In this document: positions 38,974 to 48,937 of the stretch, in pieces
How the letters are laid out: each line of letters starts with the position of its first letter
How positions within the stretch are numbered: the first letter of the stretch is position 1
Assembly (NCBI GenBank): GCA_023229685.1
Contig: JALNYT010000008.1
Span: 51,817-115,816 of the forward strand
DNA: 64,000 bases
Direction of reading: 5' to 3'
Source of the DNA: Sulfuritalea sp.
GTDB taxonomy: Bacteria; Pseudomonadota; Gammaproteobacteria; Burkholderiales; Rhodocyclaceae
Notes under the pieces: model-generated
Told to the model about the DNA's origin: nothing
Seen by the model: the letters and a program-made list of their open reading frames with translations, nothing else
The model's database searches: none
Translations under genes and position numbers: made by a program

Positions 38974-39545
38974 GGCCGAGGCGTCGCGCGTGACTCTTGA
39001 TCCGCGCTATTGCTTTAGAAAATCAATGACCTAGATGCGTGTCGTAGAAGTTTTTGAAATAACTTGAAGGCCGCCTGCGCAGCGGAAGCGGTCGTTGGAC
39101 TATGGTTGTTCGAATAGCCACTCAGGGTACTGAATGCAGACTCCGATGGGGCAATGCTGCGCCGCAGCTTGAAGGCTGCTCGCGACCTGTGCTAACGTGC
39201 AAATTGCATAAGCAAAAGCCAACTACCTAGCTTGGCTTTGGTTCAAGTTTTGGGTGAACGGACCCATTCTTCTCGGCACATATGTGCCTCCCGTAAGAAA
39301 GACGAAGCACCGCCTCTTAAGGGCGGCCTCAGCTTTTCAACTTTCGGGGAGATGTCATGAAACCATTTATCGCTTTGCATTCGGTCGAAAACATCGGCAC
39401 CACCGATTGTCAGCTCATGACTGTCGAGAACACGTAGTCCCGCAATCCGGATGATCCTGGAGGCGTGAATGCGATACACGCCCTTCATCAGGTTGGCGGG
39501 ATCTTGGTGCCGGATGGCACCGTCACAACAATGAGAGGAACCATC

Positions 39546-39845
39546 ATGATCCGATTTGTCCGCACGGCCGCGATCGCGCCTGGAAAGCTTGGGAGTGCCC
39601 TCGCATTTGCGAAACAGATTTCCGCGTATCTAGAAAAGCAGCATGAACTGAAGCTGGAGGTAATGACGCCCATAGGCGGCAATCCCCACCGCGTTGCGTG
39701 GAGAGCAGAGTACGCGAACCTCGCCGTCATGGAGCAAACCCAGGCCAAACTAATGGCAGATTCGAAGTACCTTGAGCTCCTCGCCTCTGGTGGGGACAAC
39801 TTCATTGCAGGATCGTTGAACGACTCGATCTGGCGAACCATGTAA
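39546..39845 (+). CDS. Hypothetical small protein (about 99 aa)
   Basis: ATG preceded by AGAGGA. No recognisable motifs. Lies in the AT-richer island. Confidence 0.4.
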   Translation: MIRFVRTAAIAPGKLGSALAFAKQISAYLEKQHELKLEVMTPIGGNPHRVAWRAEYANLAVMEQTQAKLMADSKYLELLASGGDNFIAGSLNDSIWRTM

Positions 39846-39981
39846 GTCATCTCCAGGGCGGCGAGTCGGGCACGAAGGTTCGCACAGCCACGGCCAATAG
39901 CCGGAATCGCTGCGAACCTGACGGAGGAGGAGCGGGCCATTACTGATCGGTTAAGTCTGTGTCGTCGAAGGAGGTGCCGAA

Positions 39982-40173
39982 ATGATTGTGACTACGAAAC
40001 TGGCAGACGTCGAATTAGTAAAATGCGAGGCTTGCCTTAAGGAAGTACCGAAGTCCGGGGCGCAAAACGCGGAAGCGTGGGACTACGTAGCCTATTTTTG
40101 CGGCCAGGAATGCTACGAGGAGTGGGAAGCAGAACAGATGAAGGAAAGGACGCAGGAGGCCGGGGAGCCATAG
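39982..40173 (+). CDS. DUF3330-like small Cys-rich protein
   Basis: Strong SD GAAGGAGG 7 nt upstream. CxxC...FCGxxC pattern (VKCEACLKEVP...AYFCGQECYEEW) as I recall for DUF3330. Confidence 0.5.
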   Translation: MIVTTKLADVELVKCEACLKEVPKSGAQNAEAWDYVAYFCGQECYEEWEAEQMKERTQEAGEP

Positions 40174-40583
40174 TCGCTGATCAGTCGGCGCTGTATGAGC
40201 GACCGCTTCGGCCACGCAAGAGTCGTTGAGTCTTTTTGGAAGCAGCCGCTCAAGAACGAAACCTTGCTCGCGCCAGGCGACAATGAGACCGCCCAGAAGT
40301 CATCAGGAATGGGTGCTAAGTCTCCGGCGACTTGTCCAGACATGATCTCCGCTGTAACAAAGCCTTCCCCGTCCTCATAGGCCATGCGCGCCAATAGTTG
40401 TCCGTGACCGTCGGTGATTTGAGTTTCTCCGAGACAACGCGAAGCGTAGGGCTTCACCTCGTTGCCGGGTGTCATACCTTGAAAGTCACCGGCGTACGAT
40501 GCATGTACGACCGGCAATCCCAGCCTTCGTGCCAATTGGGCGGGCGCGTCTCTGAGCATTTTGGTGAAAATGGCAGGGGTCCT
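40113..40583 (-). pseudogene. C-terminal remnant of a carbon-nitrogen hydrolase (nitrilase superfamily) gene
   Basis: LGLPVVHASYAG...GETQITDGHGQLLARMAYEDGEGFVTAEI resembles a C-N hydrolase C-terminus. The frame is closed by a stop 8 codons upstream of the first Met, and no N-terminal catalytic part is present. Confidence 0.4.
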
Positions 40584-40817
40584 TCACCCCTCACCCGATC
40601 GACGATCGTCGATTCTGGATCGATCTATGAGATCAAGTTTTTCTAAGCCGACGTTGCGATACACGCCAGCAGAGTTTTTCAACAGAATCGGCCGACAACC
40701 GAAATTGATCTCTTCAAGTTTATTGCCAGAAAGCGGCCATCGAAATTCTGGTGCTCCGAAGGTAAAGGCGACAGTCAGGATCTATAGTCGCAGTTTTTCA
40801 AATTTCAGGCGCCGGCC

Positions 40818-40955
40818 ATGCAGGACATTATGGGCTCCTACGTCGAGCAGAGTCAGAAGCTGTTTCAGCAAATGCAGGAGATCAGGCAGGAACAAACACA
40901 CCAGATGCTCTCCGGCAGCTTCGTCAATCCCGATGAACGGGCAGGGAAGAAGTAA
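40818..40955 (+). CDS. Possible 45-aa ORF (MQDIMGSYVEQSQKLFQQMQEIRQEQ...)
   Basis: ATG-to-TAA ORF with a helical Gln-rich composition. No RBS or homology support. Confidence 0.2.
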   Translation: MQDIMGSYVEQSQKLFQQMQEIRQEQTHQMLSGSFVNPDERAGKK

Positions 40956-41285
40956 CGCGACGCAAAATCTAGCCATCGGTATTAAAAGGTCGCCTGCCAC
41001 CCATCTTGGACTTCAAAAACCGATCGAGCCCTGGTATTCCACGAACGCTGTGATGCGACAGCGTGTGCGGCGGCATCTTCTTGGCACGGTTCGATCCGGT
41101 TCTGCCTATTCAGGAGATTGGCATTGCGAATTTCTTGTCATGTACTACCCTAAAAACAGTATGGGGATATTCCCATATTGAATTGCAGGCGGGACTGGGT
41201 ATCCGCTGCGAAGGTCTGTTGCCGATGCGTTCTGCGAAGTGGCGCGTTTCCAGTTTGTCTAGCTTGCACTGGAAGGAGGCGTGCG

Positions 41286-42359
41286 ATGAAAAATCTGGTG
41301 AATGTCAATAGCTCTTCGCTCTCGCGTATGTCGAAGGGGTTGCCAGCAGGAGTTGCGCTTGCCGCCGCGCTGCTCGTTCCCGAAATGGCGGTTGCCCAAG
41401 GTCCGGGGTTGAGTGGTAAGCAGGTGGTAGACGCGGTTTGTTCCAATTGTCACGCCAAGGGCACCGAAGGCGCGCCGAGAATTGGCGATGCGGCGGCTTG
41501 GAAACCGAGGGCCGCGCAGGGTCTGACGAGTCTCAGTCTGCACGCGCTCCAGGGCCTGCGGAAAATGCCGCCACACGGAGGTAATCCGGGTCTGTCGGAC
41601 GGGGATATCAAGCGAGCCATCACCTACATGGTTAATCAATCCGGGGGCCACTGGACTGAACCGGTAGAAGTCGCGACAGCGTTTCGTGATCGCTCCGGCG
41701 AACAAATCGTTAAAGCGCAGTGTATCAAGTGCCACGAGAGTGGCGTTGAAGGAGCCCCGAGAATCGGCGACTTGGCTGCCTGGGGACCGCGATTTTCACA
41801 CGGTACGGACTTTCTGGTTCGTTCCGCGATCAAAGGGCATGGAGCGATGCCTCCCCGTGGCGGCATGGCCGATTTGACCGATTCCGAAATACGCCTTGCG
41901 GCACTCTACATGTTCAACAGAGGCGTCGTGCCGAACGGCGGGCCTCCTGTGGCGAAGGCCAACAGCGAAGACCGCAACCACAAGGTAGTCGAAGGAATGG
42001 ATGTCTATCTCGGCATCGTATCGGCGGAGTCAATCCGGGTCAGGCATCTGACCGAGGACAAACAGGGGGCGATGAGCGGAGAGATTCCCCGCGGCAAAGG
42101 TTATTACCATGTCAATATTTCGCTGCTCGACAGACAGACCGGTGCCGAGATCAAGGACGCAAAGATTGAGCTGAGCGTCGAAGATCCGGTAATGGGCGAA
42201 CAGACGAAGAAGCTCAATTCAATCTCGTTCAATAGTGCGGCGAGCTACGGCAATTACTTCAGCATGCCGGAAAGTTACACGTACAAGATCACGGCCGTAA
42301 TCCACAGGGCCGGCCAGTCCAACGGAACGAAGGCGAAGTTCGACTTCCGGCCAAATTAG
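41286..42359 (+). CDS. Exported dihaem cytochrome c5-type protein fused to a C-terminal beta-sandwich-like domain
   Basis: SD GGAGG, signal peptide, and two c5 modules (CSNCHAKGTEGAPRIGD...MPPHGG and CIKCHESGVEGAPRIGD...MPPRGG). The 150-aa C-terminal part reads GYYHVNISLLD...SYGNYF. Confidence 0.75.
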   Translation: MKNLVNVNSSSLSRMSKGLPAGVALAAALLVPEMAVAQGPGLSGKQVVDAVCSNCHAKGTEGAPRIGDAAAWKPRAAQGLTSLSLHALQGLRKMPPHGGNPGLSDGDIKRAITYMVNQSGGHWTEPVEVATAFRDRSGEQIVKAQCIKCHESGVEGAPRIGDLAAWGPRFSHGTDFLVRSAIKGHGAMPPRGGMADLTDSEIRLAALYMFNRGVVPNGGPPVAKANSEDRNHKVVEGMDVYLGIVSAESIRVRHLTEDKQGAMSGEIPRGKGYYHVNISLLDRQTGAEIKDAKIELSVEDPVMGEQTKKLNSISFNSAASYGNYFSMPESYTYKITAVIHRAGQSNGTKAKFDFRPN

Positions 42360-42668
42360 CCTCAAGAATTCCTGGCCCGCTTGGCCTGGGCCATCGTCTG
42401 CGGTGGCCTAGTAGAGCAGTTGTCATGCAGAGGTATGCCAGAATTTTCCATTCTATGCCTGCTCCCGCCCCCATCCATCGACCGTCCGGCTAACGCTACG
42501 TTTCGGCGGTTCAGGCTGCTGTAAGATCCTTGCTGAACACCGAACTGACTTTGTCACTTCACCTCAACAAGCCACGCCCAATTCGAGCCCAAGCGTAACC
42601 GCGTGGATTTGTTCCAGAGGAAATCGCATTGGATTATTCTGCCTATGTTTTTAGCGGGGTCAATTGAA

Positions 42669-43034
42669 ATGAAAACGCTGTTATCCACCGGTGTCCTGCT
42701 TCTCTCAATCGCTGCCAGCAACACGGCTTTGGCCCAGAAAGCATTACTCGCGCAAGGACCCCCAACTATTTCCTGCGGCTCATACGCTGAGGCAAGAATA
42801 GACGAGGGTACTCTGGGACCGAACTCAATCCGAATTGTCTCCTGGGTTCAGGGATACCTGAGCGGATACAACAGCTACGCAAAACAACCGGTTGTCGCCG
42901 TTCCTACAATTGCGGGCATTGCCACATTTCTTGACAAGTACTGTGCCGACAATCCAATGCACCGTGTGTCCAACGGGATCGACTCGCTTCTTGCAGAACT
43001 AGGTGGCTACAAGCAGCCCTACCTGAGCAAGTAA
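42669..43034 (+). CDS. Small exported protein (HdeA/Rap1a-like Cys pair)
   Basis: Signal peptide MKTLLSTGVLLLSIAASNTALA, then C...WVQGYLSGYN...YCADNP. Confidence 0.45.
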   Translation: MKTLLSTGVLLLSIAASNTALAQKALLAQGPPTISCGSYAEARIDEGTLGPNSIRIVSWVQGYLSGYNSYAKQPVVAVPTIAGIATFLDKYCADNPMHRVSNGIDSLLAELGGYKQPYLSK

Positions 43035-43085
43035 GCTGCACACTGCCTTTTGCCGGCCCCACCCCTCATTCGCCAGGCTGCTCGC

Positions 43086-43577
43086 TTAATGACCAGGCAG
43101 GCCTCCATGAACCGAGCTGCCTGTCAGGGCTTGGCCAGAGCCAAATAGCGGGGTTTCCGGCAAAGGTATGAATGGAATGTAGCGAACATAGATGTTGGAG
43201 TCCTCGCCCATATCGAGTGGAAGCGATCCCCAGATCAGCACTTCGAGCAAGAATCCACCAATGACAACAGCCAAGACTATGGCAACGGAGAAAGGATAAC
43301 GACGGCTATATATTCCTTCATCGTCCTTGCCGAAAAACGTCGGAATGACAGCAACAAGAAACGGAAGAAGTATCGCAAGGGCTGACGCAAGAAAGTAAAT
43401 ATATGTGGCGGGAGAGAGTGCCACACGAAGACTATTCGACCAGCTGAGGCGATGCATGAACAGGGCAAGGTTGAGGTAGCTGCTCAGCAGGTTGTCAAAG
43501 GCGATAACTATTGCTACAAGTACCAACGGGATAAACCAAATCAGGTTTGCCCGCATTGTCTTAACTATACCGGTCAT
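43086..43577 (-). CDS. Hypothetical 4-TM membrane protein
   Basis: Hydrophobic helices in an AT-rich context. No recognisable motifs. Confidence 0.4.
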   Translation of the reverse strand: MTGIVKTMRANLIWFIPLVLVAIVIAFDNLLSSYLNLALFMHRLSWSNSLRVALSPATYIYFLASALAILLPFLVAVIPTFFGKDDEGIYSRRYPFSVAIVLAVVIGGFLLEVLIWGSLPLDMGEDSNIYVRYIPFIPLPETPLFGSGQALTGSSVHGGLPGH

Positions 43578-43778
43578 CGTTTGCTTCCTTTGATTGCGCC
43601 CAGAGCAGCCTGCGAGAGTGCATGATGTTGCTGCGAAGCTTAGAGCGTAGCGCCTGCACATGGTTCCAGCTCAGCGAAGATAGTCTTTCATCCGCGTACT
43701 GTATATTATTCCAGTTACCCATGAAAGCCACTATTCAACTCCTCGGCAGGTGTGGCCTTTCCATGATTGGCGCAACCC

Positions 43779-44213
43779 TCAGGCAGGATTGCACTTTCCG
43801 ATGGCGAGAGCTGGCGTATTTTCTCCCTCTTTCAGGACGCCGCTGCTGTTATCGTCGCTCCAATAGCCGAGGGGATAGACGTACAGGAACCTGAGCTTCT
43901 TGCTGTTGAAACGGAAATCGAAAACTCCGGAGCAAAAGAGATTGCCGGCATCGTTGAAGTCGCTCTTGCACGTGGCTCCGGGAAAGCGATCCCCGGCCTC
44001 CTTGACTTCCCAAGCGTAGGACTTGTGCTTTACGCGCGTGATGAAGAGTTTTTTCTCGGAGCGGAAATCAACGCTCTTCCATTTCTTCGCGCTCTTGTCG
44101 TAAGACAGACCGGTGGTTATATCGGCGACACACAGGTAGGAGTCCGCCGCGAAAGAGTTCAGGGACATGAGTGCGCCGACAACAGCCGGTAACAAATTTC
44201 GCGTCATTTTCAT
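43779..44213 (-). CDS. Hypothetical exported protein
   Basis: Signal peptide MKMTRNLLPAVVGALMSLNSFA and four Cys residues. No recognisable motifs. Confidence 0.45.
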   Translation of the reverse strand: MKMTRNLLPAVVGALMSLNSFAADSYLCVADITTGLSYDKSAKKWKSVDFRSEKKLFITRVKHKSYAWEVKEAGDRFPGATCKSDFNDAGNLFCSGVFDFRFNSKKLRFLYVYPLGYWSDDNSSGVLKEGENTPALAIGKCNPA

Positions 44214-44415
44214 TATCTCCAGAGCATGTTGATTTGAATAGCGGGGGGCAGACTATCTGTTGTGAGTCCTGTCAAAAACGATCTTGAAGAACCAAGGCAG
44301 TCCGCCGGCATGTATCTGCCAACAAGGGTATGTCAAGGATGTCGCGACGCACAATTATGCCCGGCATGCATAGAATGAATGGGTTCGGGATTCTCATTTG
44401 GTAAGCTCGTGCATC

Positions 44416-45372
44416 ATGCTGAACGGCGGCAATACACTTCAGGAGAGCGTTGCTTTGCAGCGCGCGGCGCTGAAGAAAATCATCGAGGAACCGCTGCGTT
44501 GCGCGGCGCAGGCCAGTGCGGCCGCCTGGGGCAACCGCGCCGGCCTCAATGCCGAGTTGGCCCGCCTGTTCCCGAGCGTGCCCCACTGCCGCTACCTGTA
44601 CGCCATGAATATCGATGGCGTGCAGATTTCCGACAATGTCAGCGCATCCGGGGTCAACGAGGCCGATTTCGGCCGCGACCGCTCGCATCGGCCCTATATG
44701 CGCGAATCCCAGCCGGCTGCGGGCTTCCTGCTTTCGCGCTCCTACATCACCCTGCGTGAACGGCGGCCTGGGCTTACCGCCATCCAGCTGGTGCGCAGCG
44801 CTGCCGGTGCGGCCATCGGTTTTCTCGGCGCCGATTTCTACCTTCACGACCTGCCGCTTACGCGCGAGCGCTTCGAGGAGAAGAGCCAGTGGCGGCAACT
44901 GCGCGGCGATCCGTCGATCCGCAGCCAGGTCTTCCACCAGACCCGCAGCGAGAGCGAGATGGATCGCCAGCTGAAAACCGTGCTCGGCGTGGTCGAGGAA
45001 CTGATGCTCGATCATGGCATGTACCACATCATGCTGCATTTCTCCAGCAGCCGCGCGGTGTATTGGACGCTCGACGATCCCTACCGCTACCGTCTGTTCG
45101 ACATCCAGGCCCTGGTCGATGCGGATACCTGCCTCGCCTATCCGAAACATCCCTATCCGGCCGATGCCCTGGTGCCGAAGGAGCGCATTCGCGCCATCCT
45201 CGACACGCTGAGTTCGCTGCGTTTCATTGACGAAATGTTCTACCTTCGCACCGGCACGCTCAATCTCTTCAACGGCATGGTCGGCCTTACCTTCTCCTGC
45301 GACGGTTCCCACTACATGCCCTGGGACGAGTTCCTCAAGATGGATGTGGCGTTCTGGCTGGGGACGGCCTGA
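44416..45372 (+). CDS. Cytoplasmic PDC/Cache-like sensor-domain protein with an uncharacterised C-terminal domain
   Basis: LYAMNIDGVQISDNV...RPYM...LSRSYITL...GFLGADFYLHDL resembles a PDC fold. No TM helix or output domain is recognisable. Confidence 0.55.
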   Translation: MLNGGNTLQESVALQRAALKKIIEEPLRCAAQASAAAWGNRAGLNAELARLFPSVPHCRYLYAMNIDGVQISDNVSASGVNEADFGRDRSHRPYMRESQPAAGFLLSRSYITLRERRPGLTAIQLVRSAAGAAIGFLGADFYLHDLPLTRERFEEKSQWRQLRGDPSIRSQVFHQTRSESEMDRQLKTVLGVVEELMLDHGMYHIMLHFSSSRAVYWTLDDPYRYRLFDIQALVDADTCLAYPKHPYPADALVPKERIRAILDTLSSLRFIDEMFYLRTGTLNLFNGMVGLTFSCDGSHYMPWDEFLKMDVAFWLGTA

Positions 45373-45452
45373 ACCGCGCCACGTGCGGCGCCCCATTGCC
45401 GGATCATGGGCGCCGACTCGCGCTCAGGGACAAGAACGGGATGCCGTGGCAG

Positions 45453-47705
45453 TCATCTGGCGGCAGCAAGCGAACCATTGACGGCCTGTTCTTTCATTGA
45501 ATCGAGCGGCAGAGTCACCACCACCACCGTGCCGTGCCCCGGCTGGCTGTCGATCTGCATCTCCCCGCCGATCGAACTGAGGCGCTCGCGGATGCTGAAC
45601 AGTCCGTAGCCGCCGTCCGCGGTGGGCGTCAGGCTGTGCTTCATGTTGAAGCCAACCCCGGCATCGACGACGGTGATCACCAGCTTGTCGTCATCGGTAA
45701 AGACGGACACCTCCGCCGTGTCTACCTCGGCGTGCTTCGACACATTGATCAGCAGTTCGCGCACGGTACGGAACAGCGAATTGCTTAGCGTTCCGTCCAG
45801 CAGCATGGGTTTGCCTTCGTCATAAATGTGCACGTTCAGGCTGTTACCGCGCAGCATTTCCTCGGCCAGCCACTCCAGCGCGGAAACCAACCCAAACTCC
45901 GACAGCACGGGCGGACTCAACTGCATGGAAAACGAGCGTACCGCGCGATTCGCCTGGTCGACCATGGCCCCGATGTCCTTGAACTGCTGCTTCAGCTCGG
46001 CGTCCCATTGGTATTTGTCCTGTAGCTGCAGCGACGTGAGTTTGATCTTGATGGCGGCGATGATCTGGCCCAGATCGTCGTGCAGGTCTTGTGCGATCCC
46101 GCGCCGTTCCCGCTCCTCCACCTTCGCCAGTTCGTTGGCCAGTGCGCGCAACTGGGCAGTGCGCTCGACCACCATCTCTTCGAGGTGCAGACGGTGGCGC
46201 CGGAGTTCCGCTTCCACCTGCTTGCGTTCGGTAATGTCGCGCACATTGGCCATCACCAGCAGCTGTCCTCCCGTTTCGACAAGGGAGGCGTGGACTTCAA
46301 GGTCAAGCGGCGTTCCGTCCCTCTTGCGATAGCTGCGTTCGCCGACCCGGTGAATCTTGGATTGCACGACGTGGTCGACGTTTTCCCGCACCTGTTCCGG
46401 GCTTGCCTGCACCAGATCGCCAAGTTTCATGGCGAGCAATTCGTCGCGTTCGTATCCCAGCAGTTGGCACAGGCTGGGGTTGACCTCGCGGATGCCCAGG
46501 TCGTCCGGGTTGAACAGGAGGACGCCGTCGGACGACTGCTGCAGCAGGGCGCTGAAGAAATCGCGCTCGATATGGAGTTGCGCCTCGCGCTGTCCGAGAG
46601 TCTCCAGCAGCCCGTTGAAGCCACCGATCAGCTGGCCGATTTCATCATGTCTCGCGACCGGCAAGGGGTTCAACGGCTTGCCTGCGCCGGTCATTTCGTT
46701 CAGTTGTCGCGCGGCATTTACCAAGGGTGATAACTGGCTTTGCAGCAGCCACCACGAAAGAATACCGGCAACAAGCGTCAACAAAGTCGCCGCGGACGCG
46801 ATGTGTATTTGCATGTCGTGAATCGGCGCAAAGGCCTCTGCGGTCGGCAGCAAGGCGATCACGAACCAACCCGCTGCGGGAATGCGGGCGGCCGAGGAAA
46901 GGATTTCCACGCCAAGCGAGTTGACGGCAATCCCCGGTCCATCGAAGCCCTGCATGCGTTGATCAAGAATTGGGTTGACGCCGGGAAGGGGCAGCGCCTG
47001 CATTACGCGGTTCTTGTCGGTGGCGGTCACCACCAGGTTGTACTGCGGGGCGACGACCATGTAACCGCCGCTCTTGCCATAGCCCAGTTCCCCGATGCGG
47101 TCGAGGAAATTCGGTTTGGCGAGATTGATCACGCCGAACAGGGCGCCGATCACCTTGCCGCCGGCATCGCGGATCGGCGTGTTGATGTTGAACAGGGCTT
47201 GATGCAGGACTCTTCCCACCACCGGGCGGCCGATGACGGTTCTTCCTTCTGTCAGGGCGATATGGGTGGCTTCGTTGCTGGCATAGTTCGTTCCCCGGCG
47301 GCCTGCGACGACAGGCGCATCGGCCAGCGCGATGCCGTCGAGATTCACGGCAACGACGCCGGAATTGAACAAATCCTGAAAAACAGTAATCTTGGCCAGT
47401 GTTTGCTGAAGCGCGGCCGGATTGTCCAGTATGGGCCGATCAATCGAACGGGCAACCTTTTCGAGGGCTTGGGTCCGGTCTACCAGCGCCTGGTTAAGCT
47501 CGGCGGCGACATACGACACCGTCGAGGCCTGCTGGCTGGCGAGCAGGCTTTGCAGGTCGTTGCGCAACATGTAAGTGAGGAAAAACGACAGAGCCCAGAT
47601 GCCAACGACGAAAATCGCCAGGATGCCCAGCGTGATTTTCTGTTTCAGCGAGAGTCGCCACCGGTGCTTTTCAGTCATTTGCAGGGGGGCACCAAGGGTG
47701 GGCAC
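45453..47705 (-). CDS. Sensor histidine kinase (dCache-HAMP-PAS-HisKA_3-HATPase)
   Basis: Two TM helices flank a periplasmic Cache-like region. PAS domain, H-box IAQDLHDDLGQ, and N/G boxes (NVSKHA...DAGVGF...GYGL). Confidence 0.85.
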   Translation of the reverse strand: MPTLGAPLQMTEKHRWRLSLKQKITLGILAIFVVGIWALSFFLTYMLRNDLQSLLASQQASTVSYVAAELNQALVDRTQALEKVARSIDRPILDNPAALQQTLAKITVFQDLFNSGVVAVNLDGIALADAPVVAGRRGTNYASNEATHIALTEGRTVIGRPVVGRVLHQALFNINTPIRDAGGKVIGALFGVINLAKPNFLDRIGELGYGKSGGYMVVAPQYNLVVTATDKNRVMQALPLPGVNPILDQRMQGFDGPGIAVNSLGVEILSSAARIPAAGWFVIALLPTAEAFAPIHDMQIHIASAATLLTLVAGILSWWLLQSQLSPLVNAARQLNEMTGAGKPLNPLPVARHDEIGQLIGGFNGLLETLGQREAQLHIERDFFSALLQQSSDGVLLFNPDDLGIREVNPSLCQLLGYERDELLAMKLGDLVQASPEQVRENVDHVVQSKIHRVGERSYRKRDGTPLDLEVHASLVETGGQLLVMANVRDITERKQVEAELRRHRLHLEEMVVERTAQLRALANELAKVEERERRGIAQDLHDDLGQIIAAIKIKLTSLQLQDKYQWDAELKQQFKDIGAMVDQANRAVRSFSMQLSPPVLSEFGLVSALEWLAEEMLRGNSLNVHIYDEGKPMLLDGTLSNSLFRTVRELLINVSKHAEVDTAEVSVFTDDDKLVITVVDAGVGFNMKHSLTPTADGGYGLFSIRERLSSIGGEMQIDSQPGHGTVVVVTLPLDSMKEQAVNGSLAAAR

Positions 47706-47766
47706 GACGGTGACTATATACCTGTCTGCGCCGGTGCGGACAGGCGCGGAACATCAGGCGCGAGTG

Positions 47767-48900
47767 CTAGACGATGTCCATGTCGGTCTTGTCGCCCAAG
47801 TCCTTGGGCTGCCGGCCGCCGGGATTGAGCTTGATGCGCAGACGCACGTCATTGTGCGAATCGGCGAAGCGCAGCGCGTCCTCGTAGCTGACGACGTTGG
47901 CCTGGTAGAGGTCGAACAGCGCCTTGTCGAAGGTCTGCATGCCGAGCTCGACCGACCGCGCCATCAGCTCCTTGATTTCATGTACCTCGCCCTTGAAGAT
48001 ATGGTCCTTGATCAGCGGCGAGTCGAGCATGATCTCGAACGCGGCGACGCGTCCCCTGCCATCCTCGCGCGGCACCAGACGCTGCGACAGGAAGGCGCGC
48101 ACGTTGAGCGAGAGGTCCATCAGCAGCTGCTGGCGGCGCTCGTCGGGAAACAGATTGATGATGCGGTCGAGCGCCTGGTTGGTGCTGTTCGCATGCAGCG
48201 TGGCAAGACACAGGTGGCCGGTCTCGGCGAACGCGATGGCGTGCTCCATGGTCTCGCGGTCGCGGATCTCGCCGATCAGGATCACGTCGGGCGCCTGCCG
48301 CAGCGTGTTCTTGAGCGCCACCTCCCATGACTCGGTGGTGACGCCCACCTCGCGCTGGGTGACGATGCAGTTGCGGTGCTCATGCACGAATTCCACCGGA
48401 TCTTCGATGGTGATGATGTGGCCATGGCTGTTTTCATTGCGGTAGCCGATCATGGCCGCGAGGCTGGTCGATTTGCCGGAGCCGGTGCCGCCCACCACCA
48501 TGACGAGGCCGCGCTCGGACATCGCCACATCGCGCAGGATGGGTGGCAGACCCAGCTCCTCCATGGTCGGTATCTTCGTGTTGATGGTTCGCATGACCAG
48601 TCCGACGCCGTTCTGGTCGACGTAGACACTGGCCCGGAAGCGGCCGATGCCGGCCGGCGCGATCGCGAAGTTGCACTCCTTGGTTGCTTCGAACGCCGCG
48701 ATTTGCTTGTCGTTCATCACCGCCCGGGCAAATGTCCTGGTGTGCATCTCGGTGAGTACCTGGTCGGAGATGGGCGTCAACTTGCCGTCGATCTTCAGCG
48801 CGGGTGGAAAGCCAACGCTGATGAACAGATCAGAGGCCTTGCGGCTGACCATCGTCTGCAGCATGTGGTGAATCACTTCGATCGGGTTGTCGTTGGACAT
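47767..48900 (-). CDS. pilU: Type IV pilus retraction ATPase, PilU-like
   Basis: ASDLFISVGFPP, Walker A GGTGSGKST, IITIEDPVE and LIGEIRD. Confidence 0.7.
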   Translation of the reverse strand: MSNDNPIEVIHHMLQTMVSRKASDLFISVGFPPALKIDGKLTPISDQVLTEMHTRTFARAVMNDKQIAAFEATKECNFAIAPAGIGRFRASVYVDQNGVGLVMRTINTKIPTMEELGLPPILRDVAMSERGLVMVVGGTGSGKSTSLAAMIGYRNENSHGHIITIEDPVEFVHEHRNCIVTQREVGVTTESWEVALKNTLRQAPDVILIGEIRDRETMEHAIAFAETGHLCLATLHANSTNQALDRIINLFPDERRQQLLMDLSLNVRAFLSQRLVPREDGRGRVAAFEIMLDSPLIKDHIFKGEVHEIKELMARSVELGMQTFDKALFDLYQANVVSYEDALRFADSHNDVRLRIKLNPGGRQPKDLGDKTDMDIV

Positions 48901-48937
48901 GGGCTTGGTCCTCGATTTAGTGAAGCTCGGCCAGTAT

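Noticed and set aside
39243-39488. 81-aa minus-strand ORF in the island's non-coding leader
   Set aside because: No RBS, no recognisable motif, and it overlaps the 5' region of the plus-strand gene. Support is insufficient.
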